DNA of 13,415 nt, from NCBI GenBank assembly GCA_046735395.1, contig JBJKQR010000057.1:1-13415 (forward strand), read 5' to 3'. Position numbers and translations under genes: made by a program. Below, piece by piece: positions 1 through 6,353 of this stretch. The first letter of the stretch is position 1, and the number at the start of each line of letters is the position of its first letter. The stretch comes from Fidelibacterota bacterium (GTDB taxonomy: Bacteria > Fidelibacterota > Fidelibacteria > Fidelibacterales > DSDE01). The notes beneath the pieces were generated by a model. It was given only the letters and a program-made list of their open reading frames with translations, made no database searches and had not been told where the DNA came from.

Positions 1-68
1 CTGAAACAATCTGAACGAAAATATAATTCCTCCGGAGCCTTGTTTCTTCCCTTTTAACGCATTGACCA

Positions 69-363
69 GCCAACCAGCAAACCAGACAATCCACGGATGA
101 CACGAATTCACACGGATTAAAGATACATCCACGAATTCCACGAATGTACACGAAAAGGAAAATTTAGAATGATCCTATTTTATTATAATACATCAGCGCA
201 CACGCTAACCCGCCAACCAGCAAACCAGACAATCCGCGGGTGACACGAATTCACACGGATTGAAGATACATCCACGGATTCCACGAAAGTACACGAAAAA
301 GAAAATTTAAAATGATCTTATTTTATTATAGTACATCAGCTTACACGCTAACACGCCAACCAG
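69..363. repeat. 143-bp tandem direct repeat (copies 69-211 and 212-354, plus a 9-bp start of a third at 355-363) with internal CACGRAT and 8-mer sub-repeats
   Basis: GCCAACCAG recurs at 69, 212 and 355 (period 143). A hand alignment of the two full copies has no gaps and 12 mismatches (about 92% identity). Confidence 0.95.
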
Positions 364-377
364 ATTTTGAATACAAT

Positions 378-408
378 AAAAAAAGGAGCAGTTGAAACTG
401 CTCCTTTT
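378..408 (-). terminator. Rho-independent terminator downstream of cmk-rpsA (possibly bidirectional)
   Basis: Perfect inverted repeat AAAAGGAGCAGT-tgaa-ACTGCTCCTTTT (381-408). The A-run at 378-384 gives a U-tract on the minus strand. It lies 22 nt past the stop at 431. Confidence 0.9.
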
Positions 409-430
409 CTGTATAGCGAGCTTGGATTAT

Positions 431-2293
431 TTATTCTTCATCAGAAGATTCTTCTTCTTCGCCGGCTTCGTCACTCTCATCGCCTGATTCCGGGGCTTCC
501 TGGCTCCCGATCTTGTCGAGAATTTCCTGAGGAATTTCCAGTTTCTGCGTGGGAGCTTCCTGGTTGGCCATCACTTTGGCGATTTCCTTCTCTTCATCGT
601 TCAGGGTCAGGTCATCCTTGGACAGAACCAGTTTGCGGTCATCCTTGTCCAGATCAATGATGCGAAGTTCCAGGGCATCGCCGATCTTCACATTACGTGT
701 GTATTTCTTACGGTCACGCTTGGGAATGTCGGACAGGGGAACGATAGCTTCCAGATCCTCATTGATCTGAAGGATGATTCCCTTTTCGAGTACCTTGAGA
801 ACTTCACCCTTTGCCATGGCACCGACTTTGAATTCGTCTTCCACCAGGTTCCAGGGATCAGATTCCAGCTGTTTCAGGCCGAGAGAGATCTTGCGGGTTT
901 CACGATTGACATCGAGAACCATGACATCGAGCTGCTGATTGACCTGCAGAAGTTCCTTGGGATGGCGGATCTTCTTAGACCAGCTCATATCGGAAATATG
1001 AATAAGTCCGTCAATGCCGTTCTCCAGTTCGACGAAAGCGCCGTACTGCTTGAGATTGCGAACGGTTCCTTTCACAACGCTCTGAGGCTGAAGTTTCTCC
1101 TCAATGAGATCCCAGGGATCGGGCATGAGCTGCTTGATACCGAGGGAGATCTTCCGTTCGTTGATGTCTACGGACAGAACCTTGGCTTCAACGATATCAT
1201 TGACGGAATAGGCTTCCGACGGATGCTTGATATTGGCGGTCCAGCTCAGTTCGGAAATGTGAATGAGGCCTTCCACACCCTTTTCCAGCTCGATGAAGAG
1301 ACCGTAATTGGTAATGGAAACGATCTTGCCCTTCACAACGGAGTTCACGGGGTAGCGAACTTCGATATCATCCCAGGGATTGGCTGTGAGCTGTTTCATG
1401 CCGAGCGAAACACGCTGTTTTTCCGTATCGTAATCAATAACCTTGACTTCGATGACTTCGTCGATTTTTACCATTTCGCTGGGATGGTTGATTTTACCCC
1501 AGCTCATATCGGTGATATGCAGGAGTCCGTCCACACCGCCGAGGTCAACGAAGACGCCGAAATCGGTGATATTCTTGACGCGTCCCTTGAGAACCTGATC
1601 GACCTGAATCTGGGAAAGCAGCTCTTCGCGTTTTTCCTTGAGGGTCTCTTCGAGAATTTCCTTATGGCTGACAACGATATTTTTTCGTGATTCATTCAGT
1701 TTGACGATTTTGAATTCCATGGTCTTGCCCACGTAGGAATCGAAATCGGTAATGGGCCGGACATCAATCTGTGAACCGGGCAGGAAGCCTTCCACACCCA
1801 GAATATCAACGACCATTCCACCCTTGATGCGTTTGAGGATGTTGCCTTCAATAATGCGTTTTTCATCATAGACTTCCCGGATGTTCTTCCAGGCCTTGAG
1901 AAAATCAGCTTTTTTCTTGGAAAGAATCAGCTGGCCATGTTCGTCCTCGATCCGGTCAACATAGACTTCGATCTTGGCACCGACTTCCGGCAGCTTGCGG
2001 CCGAATTCATCAATGGGAATGATACCTTCGGATTTGAATCCGATGTCGACGACCACGTCCTTTTCGGCCACACGGATAATGTGTCCGACAACGCAGTCTT
2101 CCTGATCAAATTTGTTCAGGGTCTTTTCATACATCTGGGTGAGGGCGTCCAGATCCACATCTCCCAGATCTTCCTTGTCCAGCGCGGCCTTGTCCATGAC
2201 ACGAATGCCGGCGAGAACTTCGTCTGCGGAATTTTTATAAGCCTCTGCCACAGATTTCAGAGGGCTGCGGGTTTCTTTGACTTCTTCAGTCAT
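431..2293 (-). CDS. rpsA: 30S ribosomal protein S1 from an in-frame internal start (620 aa, MTEEVKE...)
   Basis: On the minus strand, AAAGGAG-actcg-ATG has its ATG at 2293-2291, which is codon 234 of the fused ORF and lies upstream of the first S1 domain. Confidence 0.8.
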   Translation of the reverse strand: MTEEVKETRSPLKSVAEAYKNSADEVLAGIRVMDKAALDKEDLGDVDLDALTQMYEKTLNKFDQEDCVVGHIIRVAEKDVVVDIGFKSEGIIPIDEFGRKLPEVGAKIEVYVDRIEDEHGQLILSKKKADFLKAWKNIREVYDEKRIIEGNILKRIKGGMVVDILGVEGFLPGSQIDVRPITDFDSYVGKTMEFKIVKLNESRKNIVVSHKEILEETLKEKREELLSQIQVDQVLKGRVKNITDFGVFVDLGGVDGLLHITDMSWGKINHPSEMVKIDEVIEVKVIDYDTEKQRVSLGMKQLTANPWDDIEVRYPVNSVVKGKIVSITNYGLFIELEKGVEGLIHISELSWTANIKHPSEAYSVNDIVEAKVLSVDINERKISLGIKQLMPDPWDLIEEKLQPQSVVKGTVRNLKQYGAFVELENGIDGLIHISDMSWSKKIRHPKELLQVNQQLDVMVLDVNRETRKISLGLKQLESDPWNLVEDEFKVGAMAKGEVLKVLEKGIILQINEDLEAIVPLSDIPKRDRKKYTRNVKIGDALELRIIDLDKDDRKLVLSKDDLTLNDEEKEIAKVMANQEAPTQKLEIPQEILDKIGSQEAPESGDESDEAGEEEESSDEE

Positions 2294-2992
2294 CGAGTCT
2301 CCTTTATGGTGTTCATCCGAAGGGTTTGTCCCGTCGGATCTTTTTTCAATGATATTGAGAACAAAAGCGACCTGTTCGTCGATGCTCACGCGGCTGGTAT
2401 CCAGGACGACGGCATCATCCGCTTTCCGAAGCGGAGAAACCTTTCGGGACATGTCCTGCCTGTCCCGATCCTGTATGGATGCAATAATTTCATCCAGGGT
2501 AATGTCGGGGTTGACAGCCTGAAATTCCTTCATGCGCCGTTCAGCGCGAATCTCGATATCCGCATCAACGTAAAATTTAAAATCAGCCTGGGGAAATACG
2601 ACCGTTCCGATGTCCCGGCCGTCGATGACCAGTGACTGGGCCTCGCCGATCGTTCTCTGCATTCTGACCATGATTTCCCGCACTTCCGGGATGGCGGCCA
2701 CCGTGGAGACAACGCTTGTCACTTCCACGCTGCGAATGGCTTCGGATACATCCTCTCCGTCCAGCCGGATGCGGAAGTTTTCCCCCGACCCGGAAATATC
2801 AATGGAGAACTTTTCCGCGGCTGCAATGACAGCCTTGCTGTCAGACGGTGAAATTGTCTGTTTCAGAACTCCCAGAGCAATGGCCCGGTACATGGCACCC
2901 GTATCCACATAAGCAAAATTGAGCCGTTCGGCAACCCTGCGGGCAGTTGTACTTTTCCCGGAGCCGGCAGGCCCATCCATTGCAATAATCAT
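431..2992 (-). CDS. cmk-rpsA: Fused cytidylate kinase / 30S ribosomal protein S1 (853 aa)
   Basis: The N-terminal ~215 aa carry Cmk motifs (P-loop DGPAGSGKST, DTGAMYR, DGRDIGTVVFP). The rest has six S1 repeats (e.g. GRVKNITDFGVFVDLGGVDGLLHITDMSW) and an acidic tail. SD GGGAGAG precedes the ATG at 2992. There is no stop between the two parts. Confidence 0.9.
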   Translation of the reverse strand: MIIAMDGPAGSGKSTTARRVAERLNFAYVDTGAMYRAIALGVLKQTISPSDSKAVIAAAEKFSIDISGSGENFRIRLDGEDVSEAIRSVEVTSVVSTVAAIPEVREIMVRMQRTIGEAQSLVIDGRDIGTVVFPQADFKFYVDADIEIRAERRMKEFQAVNPDITLDEIIASIQDRDRQDMSRKVSPLRKADDAVVLDTSRVSIDEQVAFVLNIIEKRSDGTNPSDEHHKGDSMTEEVKETRSPLKSVAEAYKNSADEVLAGIRVMDKAALDKEDLGDVDLDALTQMYEKTLNKFDQEDCVVGHIIRVAEKDVVVDIGFKSEGIIPIDEFGRKLPEVGAKIEVYVDRIEDEHGQLILSKKKADFLKAWKNIREVYDEKRIIEGNILKRIKGGMVVDILGVEGFLPGSQIDVRPITDFDSYVGKTMEFKIVKLNESRKNIVVSHKEILEETLKEKREELLSQIQVDQVLKGRVKNITDFGVFVDLGGVDGLLHITDMSWGKINHPSEMVKIDEVIEVKVIDYDTEKQRVSLGMKQLTANPWDDIEVRYPVNSVVKGKIVSITNYGLFIELEKGVEGLIHISELSWTANIKHPSEAYSVNDIVEAKVLSVDINERKISLGIKQLMPDPWDLIEEKLQPQSVVKGTVRNLKQYGAFVELENGIDGLIHISDMSWSKKIRHPKELLQVNQQLDVMVLDVNRETRKISLGLKQLESDPWNLVEDEFKVGAMAKGEVLKVLEKGIILQINEDLEAIVPLSDIPKRDRKKYTRNVKIGDALELRIIDLDKDDRKLVLSKDDLTLNDEEKEIAKVMANQEAPTQKLEIPQEILDKIGSQEAPESGDESDEAGEEEESSDEE

Positions 2993-3012
2993 TCAGTCTC
3001 TCCCATAGCCGG

Positions 3013-3043
3013 CAAAGTTACTGACATTAACCCGAACATACAA
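3013..3043 (-). promoter_or_regulatory. Bacteroidota/FCB-type housekeeping promoter for cmk-rpsA
   Basis: The minus strand reads TTG (3043-3041), a 20-nt spacer, then TAACTTTG (3020-3013). This matches the -33 TTG / -7 TAnnTTTG consensus and ends 20 nt before the cmk ATG. Confidence 0.65.
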
Positions 3044-3477
3044 TTATTAATTTTACATTTAGGGGCGCAAAACCGGGGGTGACCCGGGCATCAGGCCAGA
3101 ATCGGTAAAATTGCTTTTTTTATCGGGCAAGGTGTTGAATAAATCATGATCCGGACTGCTGTTTAGGTGTTGAGAATATCAACGAGAACCGGCGTTTTGA
3201 AATTAAAAAAATAGTCAGCATTTATCATCGGGAAATGGGATGAAACCCATTCGGATGTGATCTATAGCACATTATTGGCACTAAAGACAAGCCCTGTTTT
3301 ACAGATCGGCCCGAGTTGTTGTTAACTATCGTAAAATGTTTTTATTGACGATTGTTAATAATAGGGGATTTAATTAAAATTGCGCCGTTCGTTCGGACAG
3401 AAGACTATGCAACCCCTGCGTTGCGAAAAAGTGATGGGTTGCAGCAAAAGCTGAAGAGGAAACGAAAGGAGATTCCT

Positions 3478-4293
3478 GTGAGCAAGAGTAGTACGCGTAG
3501 GATAATGGCCCTGATAATGCTGATGATAGCAACAGCGTTGTTCGCGGCGAAACCTACGATCGAGAATGTTTATTTTCGGGATGGTTTTGACAAATTTCCC
3601 ACAGTGGGAAAAGGAACTATCACCCTTGAGAGCGGAAAGAAAATCAAAGGTGAATTCCGTCAGGGAATGGTGGTGAAAATGGGCAAGTATCAGTTCTATG
3701 ATGCCCAGGGAAAAGTTCACCAGATCGAACCCAAGGATGTGAAGGCTGTCGTATTTCATCCTGATGAAAAATGGCAGAAAGCGGTCAATGGCCCTGATAT
3801 TCAGATCAATATCAATCTGCCGGGATTTGTGCCGAAACTGGAACCGAAAAGCCTCCCCTACAATATCAGCCAGTTCAAGGATTTTGATCAGGCCAAAAAC
3901 TGGGAAACGGTATATCTGGAACGGGTGAACGGTCAGCTCATGGTTGAGGTGAACCACGGCTTTGACAGCAAGGTTAAGGTCTTTGTGCCTCTGGGACGTC
4001 ATACTGCAGACTATGGTTATGTACCGAAGATGTCCGAAATGGTTCATTACCTGATCTTCGGCGGGGGTGAAGCCGGAAAAGAATACAAGAAAATGTACGT
4101 GAAAAAAGGTGATCAGGTGGTTGTTGTGAAGCATCTGTCCGTCTGGGGCCGGCTGGTCATGGGTCATTTTACGAAGAAGGAATTTGTCACGCTTTTTGGT
4201 GATGACAAGGAATTCATGGACATTTACACCAAATGGTGGAAACGTAAACCCAAGTATTTACCTGAATATGTCTGGGTTTATAATCAGAAATAG
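3478..4293 (+). CDS. Secreted hypothetical protein (271 aa, Sec signal peptide)
   Basis: Start re-called to GTG 3478 after SD AAAGGAG, in frame with the track ORF 3352..4293. Signal peptide MSKSSTRRIMALIMLMIATALFA|A. The GTITLESGKKIKGE and C-terminal LFGDD...YN patterns resemble uncharacterised FCB secreted proteins (from recollection, not a search). Confidence 0.8.
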   Translation: MSKSSTRRIMALIMLMIATALFAAKPTIENVYFRDGFDKFPTVGKGTITLESGKKIKGEFRQGMVVKMGKYQFYDAQGKVHQIEPKDVKAVVFHPDEKWQKAVNGPDIQININLPGFVPKLEPKSLPYNISQFKDFDQAKNWETVYLERVNGQLMVEVNHGFDSKVKVFVPLGRHTADYGYVPKMSEMVHYLIFGGGEAGKEYKKMYVKKGDQVVVVKHLSVWGRLVMGHFTKKEFVTLFGDDKEFMDIYTKWWKRKPKYLPEYVWVYNQK

Positions 4294-4322
4294 GATCTGT
4301 ATGCCGGTTCATGTGGGGTAGG

Positions 4323-4365
4323 AAGAGGCAGCAGAAACTGTTTATCACATTTTTTGCTGCTTCTT
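4323..4365 (+). terminator. Intergenic stem-loop (terminator, attenuator or processing site) between the secreted protein and lipoprotein 1
   Basis: AAGAGGCAGCAGAAA ... TTTTTGCTGCTTCTT can pair over about 15 bp using G-U pairs. The following U-tract is weak. Confidence 0.5.
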
Positions 4366-4430
4366 TATCCCGATCTGCAGACGAAGCTAACGAAACAGAG
4401 AGCGCCGAATGATGCGCTCAGGAGAAGAAG

Positions 4431-5708
4431 ATGAAAAAGATGAAATGGATGATTGGACTGACGGCTATAGCTGCATTGCTTGCTCTGACGGGCTGTTCTG
4501 ATCCGGGTAGCAGCAGTTCTTCTGCGTCATTCAGTGACGTAGCTGGAGTATATATGACTCAGGATAACGGCTTTACAGGCTATAAGGTGCTGTTTGACAA
4601 CGGGTCCGGGGCAGATATTTCTTCCAGTCTCTATAAGACGAAAGCCTTTTCCTATGAAATCAAGGGAAATACGCTGACTGCCACCTCAATCTCGGATACA
4701 ATCGAATATACGTTGAAAAAAAACGGCAGTGCCTATACTCTGGTTTGGACCCAGGTCGATCCCTGGGGTGAACTGCCTCCCACGGTCTACAACTATGAGC
4801 TGTTCCCGTCATGGACTCTGGATACATTCAGATTTGTTACAGACAGTTCGGCGGTGAATCATTGGGTTGATACTAATTACGGCGGCCACGGCAGCACATA
4901 CGAACTGGATCTGAAGGTGGATCACACCGGGACCTTTGGTCCTTCAGCTTCTCCCGCGGACATCACCTGGGAATATATGCCCGGAAATCAGGGAGTTTAT
5001 ATTTATACTGCCGGTACGGCCACTCCCACCACTTCGCTGTATGCTAGAAAGTCCGGGGCCGGTGATATTGAACTGGGCCGTATCGCCTACAGCCATTTCA
5101 GGCTGGATGCGAATAAAACTTTTCCGGGAACCTATCTCTCCATCGCATCCGATCCTTCATCCGCCTCTTCCTATCTGACTCTCTTTGATGATGGCTATGG
5201 TGAAACGGGAGATTATGACGCTGCAACCCTGTCTATCTCTTCTCATACATTCCGTCCCCTGGTGAAATGGGAGTATGTTAACGGCCAGCTGATGATTACG
5301 ACCTACATGAATTATCCCTTTTCCCAGTCTACCAACGGTAATTTTGTCAGTTTCTATGATATCTCCCGAATTGATGACGGAAACTGGTCCTATGTGCTGA
5401 CAGATTCGGACTATCCGGATGATTCCTATACAGCCGGCAGTATTACAGTCGTTGACCGGGTTGAGCTGACAAGCTCCGATATCCTCGGCACCTGGACTGC
5501 CAGCATGGGCGATAACCTGACCATCAACAGTAACGGAACTGCTACTCAGGGATCCGACAACCTGACCTGGGAGATGGCTCCGTCATCCTATGCGGTTGAG
5601 ATGATCCTGACCAGCGACGCCAGTGTCTATTATCCCCTGTTCGGGAAAATGGTGAATGGGTCTCTGGCTCTCTATGATGCCCAGAATAATATCACGTATA
5701 CGAAATAG
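4431..5708 (+). CDS. Lipoprotein 1 (425 aa) with four tandem predicted beta-rich, lipocalin-like domains; paralog of 6481..7761
   Basis: SD AGGAG, basic N-terminus, hydrophobic helix, lipobox LTGC and a Ser-rich tether. A G-x-W/Y ... L-x-x-D/N-G ... W/Y-E pattern recurs about four times. Confidence 0.9.
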   Translation: MKKMKWMIGLTAIAALLALTGCSDPGSSSSSASFSDVAGVYMTQDNGFTGYKVLFDNGSGADISSSLYKTKAFSYEIKGNTLTATSISDTIEYTLKKNGSAYTLVWTQVDPWGELPPTVYNYELFPSWTLDTFRFVTDSSAVNHWVDTNYGGHGSTYELDLKVDHTGTFGPSASPADITWEYMPGNQGVYIYTAGTATPTTSLYARKSGAGDIELGRIAYSHFRLDANKTFPGTYLSIASDPSSASSYLTLFDDGYGETGDYDAATLSISSHTFRPLVKWEYVNGQLMITTYMNYPFSQSTNGNFVSFYDISRIDDGNWSYVLTDSDYPDDSYTAGSITVVDRVELTSSDILGTWTASMGDNLTINSNGTATQGSDNLTWEMAPSSYAVEMILTSDASVYYPLFGKMVNGSLALYDAQNNITYTK

Positions 5709-5737
5709 TCATTGATGCAATAGGCAGAACAAAGGTT

Positions 5738-5785
5738 CAGACGCCCTGCAACTCCTTCTCACAGGGATTTGCGGGGCGTTCTGTT
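5738..5785 (+). terminator. Long 3' stem-loop after lipoprotein 1; homologous to 7798-7850
   Basis: CAG-ACGCCCTGCAA-c-TCCTT-ctcac-AGGGA-TTTGCGGGGCGT-t-CTG forms an extended hairpin about 30 nt after the stop. Confidence 0.7.
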
Positions 5786-5894
5786 ATCGGGACGGAACAG
5801 GTTGTATTGATCGCTTTATTGGATAAATTCGTATTATATAACAGCCAGAAACGTGTTATTTGTAAAATCCGGGAACTTGTCCGTGTTTCCTAAG

Positions 5895-5922
5895 TTGATA
5901 TATCGTGTTTTTGCTATATTTA
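5895..5922 (+). promoter_or_regulatory. Candidate promoter for the AraC-family gene
   Basis: TTG at 5895 and TGC-TATATTTA at 5912-5922 in an AT-rich intergenic region. This fits an extended -10 or a near-TAnnTTTG -7 element. Confidence 0.35.
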
Positions 5923-5990
5923 AAAATGCCTGCTCCGGAACAAGGAGTGCAAGGGGGATGAAACCCGGTGGAACAGGGGTGTGAATTCAA

Positions 5991-6353
5991 ATGAGCAATG
6001 AAGATCTGGAGAAATTATTTCGACGTTTTGATTCGCTAATCAGGGAGAATAAGCTTTATCACAGTCATGATATCGGTCTGGAAAAGCTGGCGAGGGATCT
6101 GGATACCAACCGATCCTATCTGTCTCTGGCCGTGAATCGTGTGTCGGGGAAGAATTTTAATCGTTACATCAATGATCTTCGTATTCAGGAAGTTCTGAAT
6201 ATGGTAATTGAAGGCCGCAGTACGGCTTTCAGCATCGAAGGCCTGGGAATGCAGGTCGGCTTTGCAAACCGTGTTTCCTTTATCCGCGCCTTTAAACTGA
6301 TGACGGGGCTTACGCCGTCCCAGTTTATCAGGAATGCCCAACAGGTGGGGTGA
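5991..6353 (+). CDS. Stand-alone AraC/XylS-family helix-turn-helix regulator (120 aa, DNA-binding domain only)
   Basis: Double-HTH signature LEKLARDLDTNRSYLSLAVN...NFNRYINDLRI...SIEGLGMQVGFANRVSFIRAFKLMTGLTPSQF. An in-frame TGA at 5982-5984 blocks any N-terminal extension. Confidence 0.92.
   Translation: MSNEDLEKLFRRFDSLIRENKLYHSHDIGLEKLARDLDTNRSYLSLAVNRVSGKNFNRYINDLRIQEVLNMVIEGRSTAFSIEGLGMQVGFANRVSFIRAFKLMTGLTPSQFIRNAQQVG

Noticed and set aside
1..57. Possible 3' end of a + strand gene (LKQSERKYNSSGALFLPF*)
   Set aside because: It is only 18 open codons with no recognisable motif. It could equally be non-coding, or promoter sequence for a minus-strand gene outside the window.
69..354. Diversity-generating retroelement TR/VR pair (many mismatches involve A)
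   Set aside because: The A-mismatches go in both directions (5 have A in copy 1, 4 have A in copy 2) and 3 involve no A. There is no reverse transcriptase or target ORF.
69..363. CRISPR array
   Set aside because: The whole 143-bp unit repeats, with no unique spacers between constant repeats, and there are no cas genes in the window.
2340..2347. Canonical dnaX/IS-type -1 frameshift site A-AAA-AAG
   Set aside because: The heptamer is phased AA-AAA-AG in the cmk frame and the hairpin follows with no spacer. It is kept only as a possible indel or slippage site.
367..2912. ORF-track entries antisense to or nested in cmk-rpsA (367..660, 549..770, 962..1690, 1937..2635 and others)
   Set aside because: They are shadow ORFs of a conserved, codon-biased gene, with no motifs or RBS.
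3352..3477. N-terminal extensions in the ORF track (TTG 3352, and TTG 6415 for lipoprotein 2)
   Set aside because: The downstream starts at 3478 and 6481 have strong SDs and put the signal peptides at the N-terminus. The 6481 start also matches the paralog's start.
3370..4167. 265-aa minus-strand ORF
   Set aside because: It is antisense to the signal-peptide-bearing gene and has atypical His/Phe-rich composition.
5982..5984. Selenocysteine or recoded TGA upstream of araC
   Set aside because: No SECIS-like hairpin is evident, the 11 extra residues look non-conserved, and TGA is used as a normal stop in araC and xdhA.
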